A stretch of 51,653 bases of DNA from Sphaeroforma arctica JP610 (Eukaryota). The stretch's first letter is position 1. Each line of letters opens with the position of its first letter. Positions 1 through 11,179 of this stretch are shown here, piece by piece. The translations under genes and the position numbers were made by a program. The stretch covers positions 118,971 to 170,623 of the forward strand of contig NW_014040537.1 of the NCBI RefSeq assembly GCF_001186125.1. The letters are read 5' to 3'. The notes below the pieces were generated by a model. The model saw only the letters and a list, made by a program, of their open reading frames with translations. It did no database searches and was not told the origin of the DNA.

Positions 1-6
1 TATATA

Positions 7-44
<38 letters not shown>

Positions 45-45
45 G

Positions 46-92
<47 letters not shown>
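1..92. repeat. (GT)n and (TA)n microsatellites
   Basis: Direct inspection. The ORF 9..299 is an artefact of these repeats. Confidence 0.95.
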
Positions 93-95
<3 letters not shown>

Positions 96-129
96 ACTAG
101 TAGTGTTTCAACAATCAAGAGAACTGAAG

Positions 130-660
130 CAAGCATTTATAGCACACATACCAGTTGTACATCGATATTCATACACAAAGCAACCTTTCTGCAACCCAAA
201 ATAGTTGTAATCAAGAACAACAATCAACTCATGCGTGTACTCGTGGAGATTGCCAACAGAGCTACTCTCGAATGCAAATTCGTAGAGTTTTTAGTATAAT
301 AAAGCGCTATTTTGTACACGACGGGAAACCTACGCCGCGTTAACCTCGTTGAAACTACATTATGTGCACACCTTTGTATTTAACTGGATATAATACGCCA
401 AATAAGTCATGAACGGCACTCTACCATGCACATACCTTTTCGAAGGGTTCTTCTCCCGCTAAAAGACATTTTTTGTGAAATCACAGTTGGGCGTGACTAC
501 TGGTATTCTATAAACCGCCAATCATTAATAGTGATATATATTGTGTCATACAGAGGGCTAGTAAGGAAGCATTTATATAAACGCACTTCTTAGTGTACGC
601 CAGCAACCTTGTATCTGTGGATGGACGGACAACAGTCACCCAATATACGATTGTAGAATA
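130..660 (+). ncRNA. Candidate structured non-coding RNA of unknown family
   Basis: Nested complementary segments: TTTATAG 136-142 / CTATAAA 508-514; ATACCAGT 148-155 / ACTGGTAT 499-506; CGTGTAC 234-240 / GTACACG 314-320; ACTCTCGAAT / ATTCGTAGAGT 264-288; CCTT-TTCG-AAGG 435-446. No credible ORF. Confidence 0.35.
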
Positions 661-812
661 AATACACGTAAATAAGCAAATGACTGTCGTATTACGAAAA
701 CTGAAAAGACTATAAAAATTATTGTAGACTGTATATATGTATTCATGATATTTTTTGGAAAAAAGCAATATAAAACAAACAAAAATTATATACGAATAAA
801 AACAAATATTGT

Positions 813-1670
813 TGTAAAAGTTTTATTTACAAAAATTATCAGAGACTTTTTAAAATATACAAAAATATAAAAATATCAAGAGAAGAAGTCCCAACAATTG
901 AACAAGTGGCAACTTGAGGCAACTCTCAGAACTCTGGGGCAAGTAAAATTGCCGTCGTTTTTAAATAAAAATTATTTACATATCTATTTATGTATATATT
1001 TATGTAATTTACATATCTTTTTTTCTTTTTTGTGTTTTGTGTTTTTGTCTTTTTTTTTATAATAAAACAACCCCCAGAGAGAGAAAAGGAGGTTTTGAAA
1101 AATATAAATAGACTTCTGTGTGTATTTTCAACAAGGCTTGCTTCAAGGTGAGAAAAGTGGGAGTGTCCCGTGGTATCTGTGAGACTTACTTAGATCCCCC
1201 GCCTCGCGCGCTTTCTGTTGCTCGCTGATCTTTTATCAGTGCTCGTTGCTGTTGATTTTGTTGATCTTGATTGCCTTCGTTTACAAAAGAGAAGACCCGA
1301 GTAAGTAGGTTTAATAGTAAAGTACGAAATGGTCAGGAACAACAAACAACAGGTAGTTGTCACTGATACCCATTATTTGTGAGCGTCACAACCATGGGTG
1401 TCTCACGCAGTCGACCCTGTGATAATAGAAGAAAGAGGACAGTACAGTATTATTAGAGTCAATATATAGCATAATGGTAACCGCCCGCACCATAGGCGGA
1501 CGAGAAGCGAACAATCTTTGTTGAGGTTCATAAACGTTATGCTTTTAATCATATGCGTTTTGGCATCAGCGACTGCAATGTCTGACTCATGCGTCCAGGT
1601 ACGCTCCCCACCTGTCCAATACTATAGGGATAGGGATAATATTATTTATTTCAACAAAAAAAATGTTACA
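813..1670. mobile_element. Probable LTR (family D), solo or recombinant
   Basis: Begins TGTAAAA and ends TGTTACA. The reverse complement of its right end reappears at 12630-12668 (TGTAAC...TTGAAATAAATAATATTATCCCTAT). Flanks TTGT/ATGT differ by one base. The left boundary is less certain. Confidence 0.5.
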
Positions 1671-1955
1671 ATGTATGTGATGTTATAATGTATGAGCATG
1701 TGGTATGGCTCTCATAGCCGTTGTAGTGGTTCGGGAAAAATCGATGGGAAGAAGTAGTCAGTAAATTCCCGTTTGAAGATTGGACCAAGTGAGTCGACAA
1801 TGGAGGATATGCGCTGAGTCAATTCGGGCCGGTGCTGACAAAACACTGATACTATCGAATGTGCTATGTATTTGCTTGCTGACCTACTAAGTAGCGTACC
1901 CACCTCTGTTGTACGGATCGTGTCTGCGCCGTGTAGTGTCGAAATACCGAGTAAG

Positions 1956-3120
1956 ACCAGGTTATCCGTCATAATTCGGTCGAGGAGCGAGGATGGTGGT
2001 GAGACAATGCCGCACCAGACCTCAAGCAATGTATATCTCAGGTGTATCACAAATGTAACAACTGCGAAGTTAACCGGATCAAGCGCTACGGATACGCACC
2101 TTTACGCAGCGTATCAGAAGACGAGCCGTGGCGCCGGGTTATCATTGTTTTGGTTGAGCTACCCACGTCCGAACACACGAAGAATAAATATGTCTGTCAC
2201 GTGTTTGATGTCGCTTCAAGATATGATGTAATATATCCGCTGAAAGATAAATCGACACAAACTGTGGCTGAGTGCATTTGTAAGTGCTTCGCGGATTTCG
2301 ACTGGCCAGCTATTGTATGTTCCGACAACGGTAGTGAGTTTACAAGAGACATCATGGCGACACTGTTACTCGTTGCGGGATCATGCCATAAGATGGGTGT
2401 ACCTTACAAGCCTCAGACGCAAGGTGCGAACGAGGTAGGACACAGAAAGATGAAGGAGTTCATGCGAGCAGCACTCCTTGATGATGCTGATATATGGCCG
2501 TACTCAATCAACTGGGTACAGACACAAATGACCGAATCCCCTAATTCAGTCACTGGTACAACACCCACTCACTATTTCCGGGGCCGTTATAGTGAATTAC
2601 AGATTCCCTTCAACAAGGAGTCTCAAGATGATCAAGTGTTACCATGGTTAGAGAAGATGCGTCGGGCCAGAGATGTGGTTTATCCTTGTTGAAGGGAGAT
2701 GAAGGACATCGCTCTCAAGAAGAGACAAAAGCGATGGAACGATACAAAGAAAATAGTCGAGTTTGAGGTAGGCGAAATAGTCAGCATTATGGCTCGCAAC
2801 TCCGATACAACTGTGCTTGCGGCTAAATATATTGGACCATTTATGATCTCTGTGGCCGATAAGAAGAGCGGAACGTATGAAGTTAACAACGTTGACGGCT
2901 CTAATGCCTTAAATATCGGGTCACATCGAATCCCTATGACAGAGATCATTCTTCGTCGCACACGTGAAGCTATTACACCTCTTATGTCTTCCGAGTTTAA
3001 AAAGATTCTAGGAAAGTACAAACATGAGGATATGACATATTACACTATGATCTTCCACCATCAGCATTTGATGATCCGGATGTACTAAAGGCTTTTAATA
3101 GGAAGTTTCGCAAACGCCTA
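1956..3120 (+). pseudogene. Gypsy integrase (zinc-finger CxxC, rve core, GPY/F, possible degenerate chromodomain)
   Basis: GWW*...KCNNC; FDVASRY; CSDNGSEF; PYKPQTQGANE; KYIGPF; EFKKILGKYK..YY. Interrupted by stops. Confidence 0.9.
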
Positions 3121-3484
3121 CACAAAATAAGGCTGATGCAGAAGCAATCTTACCATCGAATAAGCGACCCGACGTGGTTAAGATCTATCCACAGACATCA
3201 TACATTCCCAGCTTTAAACAGCATGGAATGTACGTACCTCCAAAAGGCATTAAGAAACGTCCTATCCACCATCGGGGACCACAAGGACCAAAGCCCAAAC
3301 ATAATAGAGTAACCGAGTAACTTATAACGTCTAAGTATACTTTGTCTAAGAGAGTATAACATAAGCATTGAGGCCGTTATATGATCGAAACCCGTTTCTT
3401 TTCTTTTCGCTTGTACAATTCATGTGAGCTTTTTGAGTCTATGTGCTAATACCACATATACGCCAACATTGTAATTTTCAAGCT

Positions 3485-3505
3485 GAGAGGGGGGAGGGGG
3501 GGGGG
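3485..3505 (+). other. Polypurine tract of element A
   Basis: 21-nt pure purine, G-rich run ending 3 nt before the LTR TG. Confidence 0.85.
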
Positions 3506-3508
3506 CTA

Positions 3509-4412
3509 TGTAAAAATAGCGGGTTCCTAATAGTAGTTGCACAGTTAACGTATATTAAATCGTATTAACGTATTAGCGTTTATACTTATAATACTGAAAT
3601 GCGTTTAACGTATTGGACATGAACAAGAATTGAGATATTCAAGATTCTGAACATGTGATAGTACTCAGTAAAGTATGGGCTTCTACTGTGGATAATTAGG
3701 TGGTTTTCCAAATATAGATTGGTTTTTTCCACTGAAATTAGAATTGTACATAATATAGGAATGATACAAATCTGACACCTGAAAATGACACTTTGGGGAT
3801 CTCTAATCAACGGGAGTACCATGAGAGAGGGTCTCAGGCATGAAATGGTTGTTGGTACAAACCTATGGTATAATTCGATAATATTCTCAGAGCAAGATAA
3901 TCCACTGAGAAAAGGACAGGATCAGAGTTGTTAGAATTTTGGACAACCTGGTTTTGATTCCTCCTAGCCAGCCAACTAGATGTGCCCGTCTATGCCTTAA
4001 ATTGGATGGGGAGCTAGGTACCAAGTGATGGAGTATATGTGCAGATATATACTTCACCAGCTTGGTGTTTTGATTTTCTTTTTCTTTTCTTAAGTTGGAC
4101 TTAGATATATTTTATTGCTTATTTTGAGTAGATAATTGGTTCGAGGCGTGAAATGTAAAATATGCGTCCAATGAAATGATATCTAGTCTTAGAAACTAAA
4201 ACATAAATAAATTTAGACCGAAGTAGTGAGTGATTAGAGCGGAGCATATAGACAATAGTCTCAGTCTAGAATCCCCTAATCTTTTGCTCACTACCAAGGG
4301 CTGAAGCTAAACTTATTTTTAACATTTTATATTTTAACGTTTAAACGTATTGTCTTATTAACGTAAACGTCTTGATATCGTATAGTCAGCCTAGAGGAGA
4401 CCGACTTTTACA
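3509..4412 (+). mobile_element. 3' LTR of element A (904 bp)
   Basis: TGTAAAA...TTTTACA terminal inverted repeat, directly after the polypurine tract. Non-LTR element sequence begins immediately after it. Confidence 0.8.
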
Positions 4413-5191
4413 CTGTCGTGTCTGGCTTTGTCTCAGTTTGAGGTGGGCGGCTTACCCATAACTAGTTGGTAGTAGTATTGGCGCCGGACTATTGCCGCGA
4501 TCTCCTTGTTGGACCAGCGTTTTGTTGAGTTCTTCCTGGTGTCGTCACAGCGTTGGCGGAGGGCTACATGGTCGGGTGTACGCCCGCCCGTGGTTTTGTG
4601 TACAGTTTTCAGGTGAGCATAAATACTGTACGGGAAGCGCAGTGATGGTTTGTCGTGGGCCCAGGCCGGTTGCGACAGAGGGGTGAGTGGATTTGTGCTG
4701 GCCATTGGGTCGAGTTGTATTCTCAGGCAACCTCCGAGGTACCGCGAATGGTCGCGCGGGCAGCAGGCCACAAAAGTGGAGTAAGTTTGTTTGATGTTTG
4801 GGAAACCGATGGTATTTAGTGCCCGTGATGATAGCTGCTGCTTGGATGAGTGCTGAGTTAAAGCGCTCGAACAGGGGGTCCAATGCATCCTTCCATATAG
4901 GCGGAGCCCAGGCAATGATGTTCAGGCCATATGTAGCCGTGGATATGATAAATGTTTTGAACAGCACCAGTCGGTTGCGGGAGTGTCACCAGCTGAAGCC
5001 ATGGAAGCCATAAGCGCGGAAAGAGGCTACCCTCAGAGACAATGCTGCAACCAGGGATTTCATATGTTTGGTGGGATTTATTCCTGGTATTCCGTGAGAG
5101 AGTGTGAACCCCAGATATTTGGAGTGTTTCGGTTTGGCATGTGTGGACGCCATCTTCAGGGGGAGGTAACGTGTGTTCCAAGGTGCGTCTG

Positions 5192-5791
5192 TGTAAAGTT
5201 CGATGGATATTTCTATGTTTTAAACTATGTTATATAAACTAAGATACAATTTAAGTCAGTTAGGATTTAGCAGTGGTAGCTTGTGTAAGAACGATCGGGA
5301 CTGCCTTTTGGAAAGAGCCTTATTATCCTCGATCCCACAGGACGTACCTCTAGCTGATCTTTGTTAAATAATTTTCACTAGAAGTACTAAGTGTTCATGA
5401 CCACATGTCTAATTTGTAAATATACATAAGAACGTAAGTCAGGTTAATATATTAACTAATATAGATAAAGTTCCATCTGAAGAAAAGTTAAAAAAAGAAA
5501 AAGACTTATTGAATTTTGGAGATTGGCGGGAAGACCAAAATCTGTAAGTAGTAGTTCAGAAATTATAAAATTTAGTTTATGATATCCTACATCTACTATC
5601 GTCTCAAATAGATCCAAGTAAATGAGTCATACCAAATACTCAGGCTATTAGAGCCATCAAGGTGAATTTAGAACACTTTGGAAATATTGGAAAAAGAACT
5701 TGTATTAAATTTTTTTAAATACAAATAAAAACCAATGTGTTATCTCATTTGATCTTGATATTTTAGACTGACCGGAGGCCATATTTCTACA
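5192..5791. mobile_element. Solo LTR (family E, 600 bp) inserted in the non-LTR RT
   Basis: TGTAAAG...TTCTACA ends with a 4-bp TSD TCTG at 5188-5191 and 5792-5795. Confidence 0.9.
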
Positions 5792-6842
5792 TCTGCAAGC
5801 GTCGGCGTGAATACGGAGGGTTGGCGCCGCGTGCCACAAATCGGTAGATCGTACTCGGGGTTTAATGACACCCTGTTCGAGGCCAGATTTGCCTCCCCAC
5901 ACATCAATGTCATCTAAGAAGGGCTGGATCGGAACCGATTGAGGGGCTTGGATCCGTGTGTCATCGACAAATAAATAAAAGCGGAGAAGCTTGGGCCAAA
6001 ATTGTGCTAACGTGACAGCTAAGGAATCCATGTAGATAATAAAGAGCTGGGGGCCGACGTTTGATCCTTGTAGGATGTTATTCGTTCTATGGAATAGAGG
6101 CGAGAGCGTACCACGGTATATCACTCGGGTAGGGACCCTCTCAAATAGCGCGCGGAGGCAGTTGATCCAGTTTTCGGGCATTCCAGCGTGGCGCAGGAGT
6201 ACCCATAGGCGTGGGAGAGCAACCTTGTCGTATGCCTTAGTAATGTCCAGACAGACGTCGTTCCACTCCTCTTCTGACTGTGTCTCAGATTCCATGGCGA
6301 CAAGTGCTTGGGTATGACAGGAGTACCGTGATTTGAAGCCAGCTTGGGTAGCATGGGTAGCAGAGCCGGGGTGGCTCGTGATCAGATTAAAAAAGCACTT
6401 TTCAAAGATGCGTCTGACTATTTGCGTAAGCGTGATGGGGCGGAAGTCAGCGCGGGAGATGATATCTGCATTGGCTTTCTTTGGGTGCGCTGTCAGGAGG
6501 CTGCAAGGAAGGGCTGCAGGGAAGGTACCCGCCTTCAGTAGCTCAGTGAATGCTTCGGCAAGGAGTATAATCAGTGGGCTATTGGCGTCGGGGCGTCCTA
6601 ATGTCCGGCGTTCGGTGGAGCGCTCCACTGCGGCCTTCAGGATGAGGATGTGGATCTCGTTGGGGCCAGGCCCCTTATTGGGATAGCGTAGTATAGCCTC
6701 CATTACATCGTCGGGGCGTATGGTGGAAGTGACATAGGGAGAGGGTTCGGTATCCGGTGGAACCACGTACGGGTTTGTAGAGTTGAATAGGTTCTCAAAG
6801 TAGCCAGCGAGGGTGGTGCCTGTGTCATCGGTACCCGGTATG

Positions 6843-6989
6843 TGTAGAAAATCGGCCTCCGGTCAGTCTAAATATCNNNNNNNNNNNNNNNNNNNNCTTA
6901 GACAAGCTACCACTGCTAAATCCTAACTGACTAAATTGTATTTTAGTTTAATATAGTTTGAAACCTAGTAATTTCCATCGAAGTTTACA
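6843..6989. mobile_element. Second family-E LTR insertion in opposite orientation, spanning an assembly gap
   Basis: Both ends match the reverse complement of 5192-5791 (TGTAGAAA..GGCCTCCGGTCAGTCTAAA and CATCGAAGTTTACA). 4-bp TSD TATG at 6839-6842 and 6990-6993. Confidence 0.9.
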
Positions 6990-8055
6990 TATGCAGGGTT
7001 GGCGCGGAGACCGTCGTTGGTACGCAATATCTTTGAACATTTGAGCATTGCCTTGGGCGATCAGACGTGGGCGGAACGAGTGGTTTGGCAGCCGCTGAAC
7101 CCAGGGTCTGTTTACGTCATAGTAGAACCATCCGAAGACTTATGGATTAGCAGCATAGCGCCAGATGCGGTCGAGGATCCGTAGTAGCCCTTCAGCTGGT
7201 CCGTGCAAAGTGAGATACGACCGTAGTAGGTTCTGATGAGCCCGGAATTCGGCTTGGAATAGTCGCGCGCGGGATTTGTTGCTTAGGTGATACAGTCGAT
7301 GGCGATATCGGTTATATCCATGGGAGGGGAGGCGTTGGTCCGGCATTGTTGGCATTGTTGTCATTTGTTGGGGCCGATGGATTTGATTCGTGGGAAGTAT
7401 CTGGAGATCGAGTCCAAAGGTGTGATCACCAAAGATACCGTAGTCCGTCAGCTTATAAGTCTGGAGGGAGGCGGGGGTGGTAGGCGATGATATACATGTT
7501 CTGTACCAGTTGAGCCGCCAGCATAGAGGTGGTCCAAGTGCCACGTATTACGCAGGGTAGTCTCAATCGTTTTCATACATAGTCCGTGATTTGTAGATGC
7601 GTGGCCATACTTCCGGGCTTTGAAGTTGAAATCTCCCCACACGACATCTGGTTCGAAATCGCCAATCCCGGGGGGATTCATGTATCGCCTGACGTCTTCT
7701 TCAGTAAGTGATTTGAGTGGAAGGTAGAACACGGCCATATGAACGCCAAAACACACAAAGAACACCGCCTACGGTGAAGAGTGTACAAGTTGAAAATTCG
7801 ATGGGTTGTGTTTGGAAAAGATGCCAATACCCCAGTGTGACGGGTGTAAGATATTGTGCTGTGCAGTGTGATGTAGAATATGGTAGTATGTGTTCGAGCG
7901 TATATGATTAAGAAATGTGGTGTTATGCCAGGTTTCAACCACACACATAACATCAACCTGATTTAAAATCGATATAACGTTCAAACACTTATCGGTATGT
8001 GCTGTGTTGTCCATGTTGAGTCATTGTGGGTTGAAGAACGTCATCCTCATTGGTC

Positions 8056-9356
8056 CTAACATTGTCCATCGTCGGTCAATACTACTGGGCTCTCTTCTTT
8101 AACGATGTCAGCCATTTCTATATCCTTGCCTGTCGTCGAAGAGTCAGTCGTGGAAAGTTGAGGCTGCGTATTGGTAAACATCGTGTCGGATGGTTGTGTC
8201 GGGAAAACTGTTGGTATATGAAGTCGTCCGGGTTCCGCACGCGCTGGTTCTTTAGCTTTTGCTGGAATTCGGGTTAGGTGAGAAGAGGTTTGCATCATGT
8301 TTTACTTGGTAAGCCTTCTGGAGACGGTCCGCGGTAGATCGGAGGATGTCTGTGTTAGTGGGAGTTGACAAGGGGGCTCAGTAGTACATCCATGCTGCGG
8401 GCAAGAATTTTTGGCGCTCGTTCATGTGTGCAACGGGCCTCCCGCTTGGTGCGAAGATAGTGGATTAAGGCTGCTTTCGTAGCGTCGGGTTGTTGTTCGG
8501 AACGGGGGTCGATGTTTTTATCAAGTTGCCATTTCCACGTAAGTGCTGCATGTCGTTTCACCTTGGCAACAGCGTCGCTAGGAACACAAAGGCGTACGAA
8601 ACTGGTGGAGCTTCTGCGGCGATTTGGTTGAGATACCGATTTAGACGGGAGATACCAGAGAAAGTGATGGCGATTGAGGACTGGTTGGGCATGCCAATAT
8701 TTTTCAAATACTGATTGGGATGGGGGCTTGCCGTTAGGGAAAATTGCTCGGAATAATAGCCATATCGGAGTTATGTCATCCATTCCATGAAGAGTTTTGT
8801 CCGGCATCGGGCGGCCCACCACTTTCGTCAAAAGGTGTTCGGGTACTGGCAGCTGCGGTAGGGACTGAGAAACTGGTGGGGTCGGGCGTGTTTTAGGGCT
8901 CGGGTTTTCAGGTTTGTCCACTTTTGAGCGGTAGCTGGGAGGCTCACTGCTGCTATTGGGCGCCTGTGACCGCGGTCTTTTTGCTGGCGGAGCAAGCGGG
9001 TTTGTGGAGCCAAATCGGAAAGTGTCGGGTGTGTCTTCATCTATAGGTGCACGGGTTTGGGATTTAAGGTCCCGGAGTTTGGATTCGAGGTTGTTTACTT
9101 TTGCACATAGGTTAGAAAGCATTTGATGCATGGTTGATTTCCATTGGTCATCAGTCAAAGGCTCCTTGGAGATGGACCCATTATTGTTCGGGGTTGGTAG
9201 AGCCGGTCCCAAAATTTGGTTGAGATTTGCCTGTAGAGTATTGACCTGGGCAGAGAGGTCTGTGATAGATTTTTGTAAGTCCAATTTCTATTGGTCATTG
9301 GGCAAGAAGTCCTTGGGGACGAACGCCTCAGTTGAGGATTCGGCCTGGCCCGACAT
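8056..9356 (-). pseudogene. ORF1 of the non-LTR element (coiled-coil-like N-terminus, Pro-rich linker)
   Basis: 309-aa ORF 8355-9284 extends to ATG 9356 through one TAG that is TGG in the second copy. 8056-8298 may be a frameshifted tail. Confidence 0.75.
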
Positions 9357-9584
9357 TTTTAGCTGCTGTGGGACTGTGGGTCCCCAGGCTTTCTACTGGA
9401 TTTTATTTTGTTTTGTTTGAAAATCCAAATTTCAAGTCTGGTATTTATGTGACTTTTTGGTTACTCGTGGGATCTATCACCTCGGATGGACGGCTTGTGG
9501 TCGACTATCGAGGATAACCGAGTCTCTTCGGTTTCAGGCCGGAGCATTGGTCCTTTTTACGAGTCCAATTAGCTCATCACACTG

Positions 9585-10545
9585 ACCAAGTTAGGATATT
9601 CAGGGGCTTTAGTCCCATCAAGGTTACAGATAAAATACCCGTTGCCCTCCCTGCATACTACTTTGTATGGTCCGCCATATGGTGATGTCATCTTGTTCAT
9701 TTTACCTTCATAGCAGACCATGACAATGTCCCCTTCCTGGAAGTGTATACACTTCTTTTGGTATTCTAGGTCATATGCTGAGCGTATCTTCCCGTGATAT
9801 TGCGCAGCATTAGAATATAGTTGGTTCTTCCCATGATACTGTTGTACTGGGTGCGATCACTGATGTGTTGTAGTCTGTGAATAGATTCTGTCTGCGACCG
9901 AATTACACATTAAATCTCGGTGACTTATGCCTTCTTGAAGTGCGCAGATTGTGGCCCATCTGTACGAAGGAAAGTAGGGAACGCCAGGTACCTGGGTTTT
10001 GTTCAACAAACTTCCGTAACAGTGGTATGAAATCTCTGTGTGATTTTTTGTTCGCATCTAAGACTTTAGGTTGGTAAGGGCCAGCGACTAGATGTTGTGT
10101 CGGCGCTTGTTCGATGACTCTTGCAAGTATGTTTTTAACATATTGTCAGTGTGTGTCTTGATCGGTCTGTATGATTTATGGGAACCAATGTTGGCACATG
10201 ATTAATACCAGCATACGTGCTACAGTAGCCGTTGATATGTCCAACATTGGTCTGAGTATGACATATGATGAGTGCACATCTAGCCATACTAACACATATA
10301 TGTGTCCTTTGTTTAAGTTTAGTAGTGGTCAAATGGTGTCCACTTGGACAAAATGCGGCTGTGATTGATTGTAAAGGATGAAATTCCTTTTGTGTATCGT
10401 ATTTTTGAGACATGATACACATCCTTCGATATACCTATTTACATATTGCTAAATTTGTGGACAATCGTGTCCATCTGCTTGCGACTTGTTTACCGTTTCC
10501 TCAGGGGTGTAATGTCCTATGTTGTGGTCTTGCTCGATGATGCTG
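9585..10545 (-). pseudogene. DDE integrase of element C
   Basis: Manual translation: DHNIGH...GCVSC (HHCC); VQVDT; YVLVWLDVHSSYVILRP; IIQTDQ; PYQPK; FQEGDIV..PYGGPYKV (GPY/F). Several stops and frameshifts. Confidence 0.85.
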
Positions 10546-10661
10546 ACACGTGTTTCGTATTCTATTTTATGTGATACATCTCCATAATTAACTGTTTGGG
10601 ATGCTGAAACATGTATGGCAGGTTGTTCCCGCATTGAGTCAAAGTTTGAAGGCTTCACTTC

Positions 10662-11054
10662 TATCTTTGCGACTAATGTGACACCCCATGGAGTCTTGCC
10701 AAAGGCTTTCGTGCCTCCTTTGAATAACGTATTGTTTGTGCATTCCACTAGCATCGGGTCTTCTTCTAGTAAAGACAAGAACTTCGGAAATCACGTTGCA
10801 TTGGGGTAGTATGGTACCCATCTCGTGGTGCTGGTTGTCTCTTCAATGACTTTGCCAAGGGAATCAGGTATGAGTTTCCATGGTGGATTTGCCCATGTAT
10901 TCACTTCCTGCGCCCATTTTTGTAAGATTGCATTATGTTCTTTTGTGTAGTATTTATCAGTGTGTGCATTGTGTGCCGATGCAAACACATCTACTGTGAA
11001 TTTCCCAAATAGTCTTTCAGCTTCCTTGTAGAATCTGGGGTGTAACATCCAGTC
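10662..11054 (-). pseudogene. DNA N6-adenine methyltransferase domain (phage Dam / DIRS MT type) in element C pol
   Basis: DWMLHP..FGKFTVDVFASAHNA..KYYT..NAILQKW..WANPPWKLI..VPYY..KTPW. One in-frame TGA at 10791-10793. Confidence 0.85.
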
Positions 11055-11179
11055 AATAGCTGATATGGTTATGGGCATGTTTGTTTCCAAGGTGGTGTAC
11101 TCTTGGCTGTTGTGTGTTTTTTTATTTGCGTCTTGTAATACCTCAGACTTTTATTATCAAATGTGTCTTCGTGTAGACG

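Larger units (their letters stand above)
1671..4412 (+). mobile_element. 3' half of a Ty3/Gypsy LTR retrotransposon (element A): integrase, polypurine tract, 3' LTR
   Basis: Integrase remnants followed by a G-rich polypurine tract and a TG..CA LTR. The 5' part is missing. Confidence 0.9.
4433..8050 (-). pseudogene. ORF2: apurinic-like endonuclease plus reverse transcriptase
   Basis: ORF fragments 7769-8014, 7448-7765, 7140-7544, 5705-6766 and 4545-4967 are collinear. ATG at 8050. RT continues across the 5192-5791 insert to KYLG. Confidence 0.9.
4413..9580 (-). mobile_element. Non-LTR retrotransposon (ORF1 plus APE-RT ORF2), decayed and interrupted by two LTR insertions
   Basis: APE motifs RMTFFNPQ, VVETW, WGDFN, LDH, GDH. 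RT motifs KGPGPNEI, FRPITL, QAGF, LDITKAYD, QGS, FVDD, KYLG. The 5' boundary is approximate. Confidence 0.9.

Noticed and set aside
1671..1955. A third MTase upstream of the element A integrase
   Set aside because: No DxFA, NPP or KTPW motif in the frames I read; the element is truncated here, so the question stays open.
9440..9580. HDV-like ribozyme at the non-LTR 5' end
   Set aside because: A TCCTCG loop-like motif is present on the minus strand but I could not build P1/P2 pairings.
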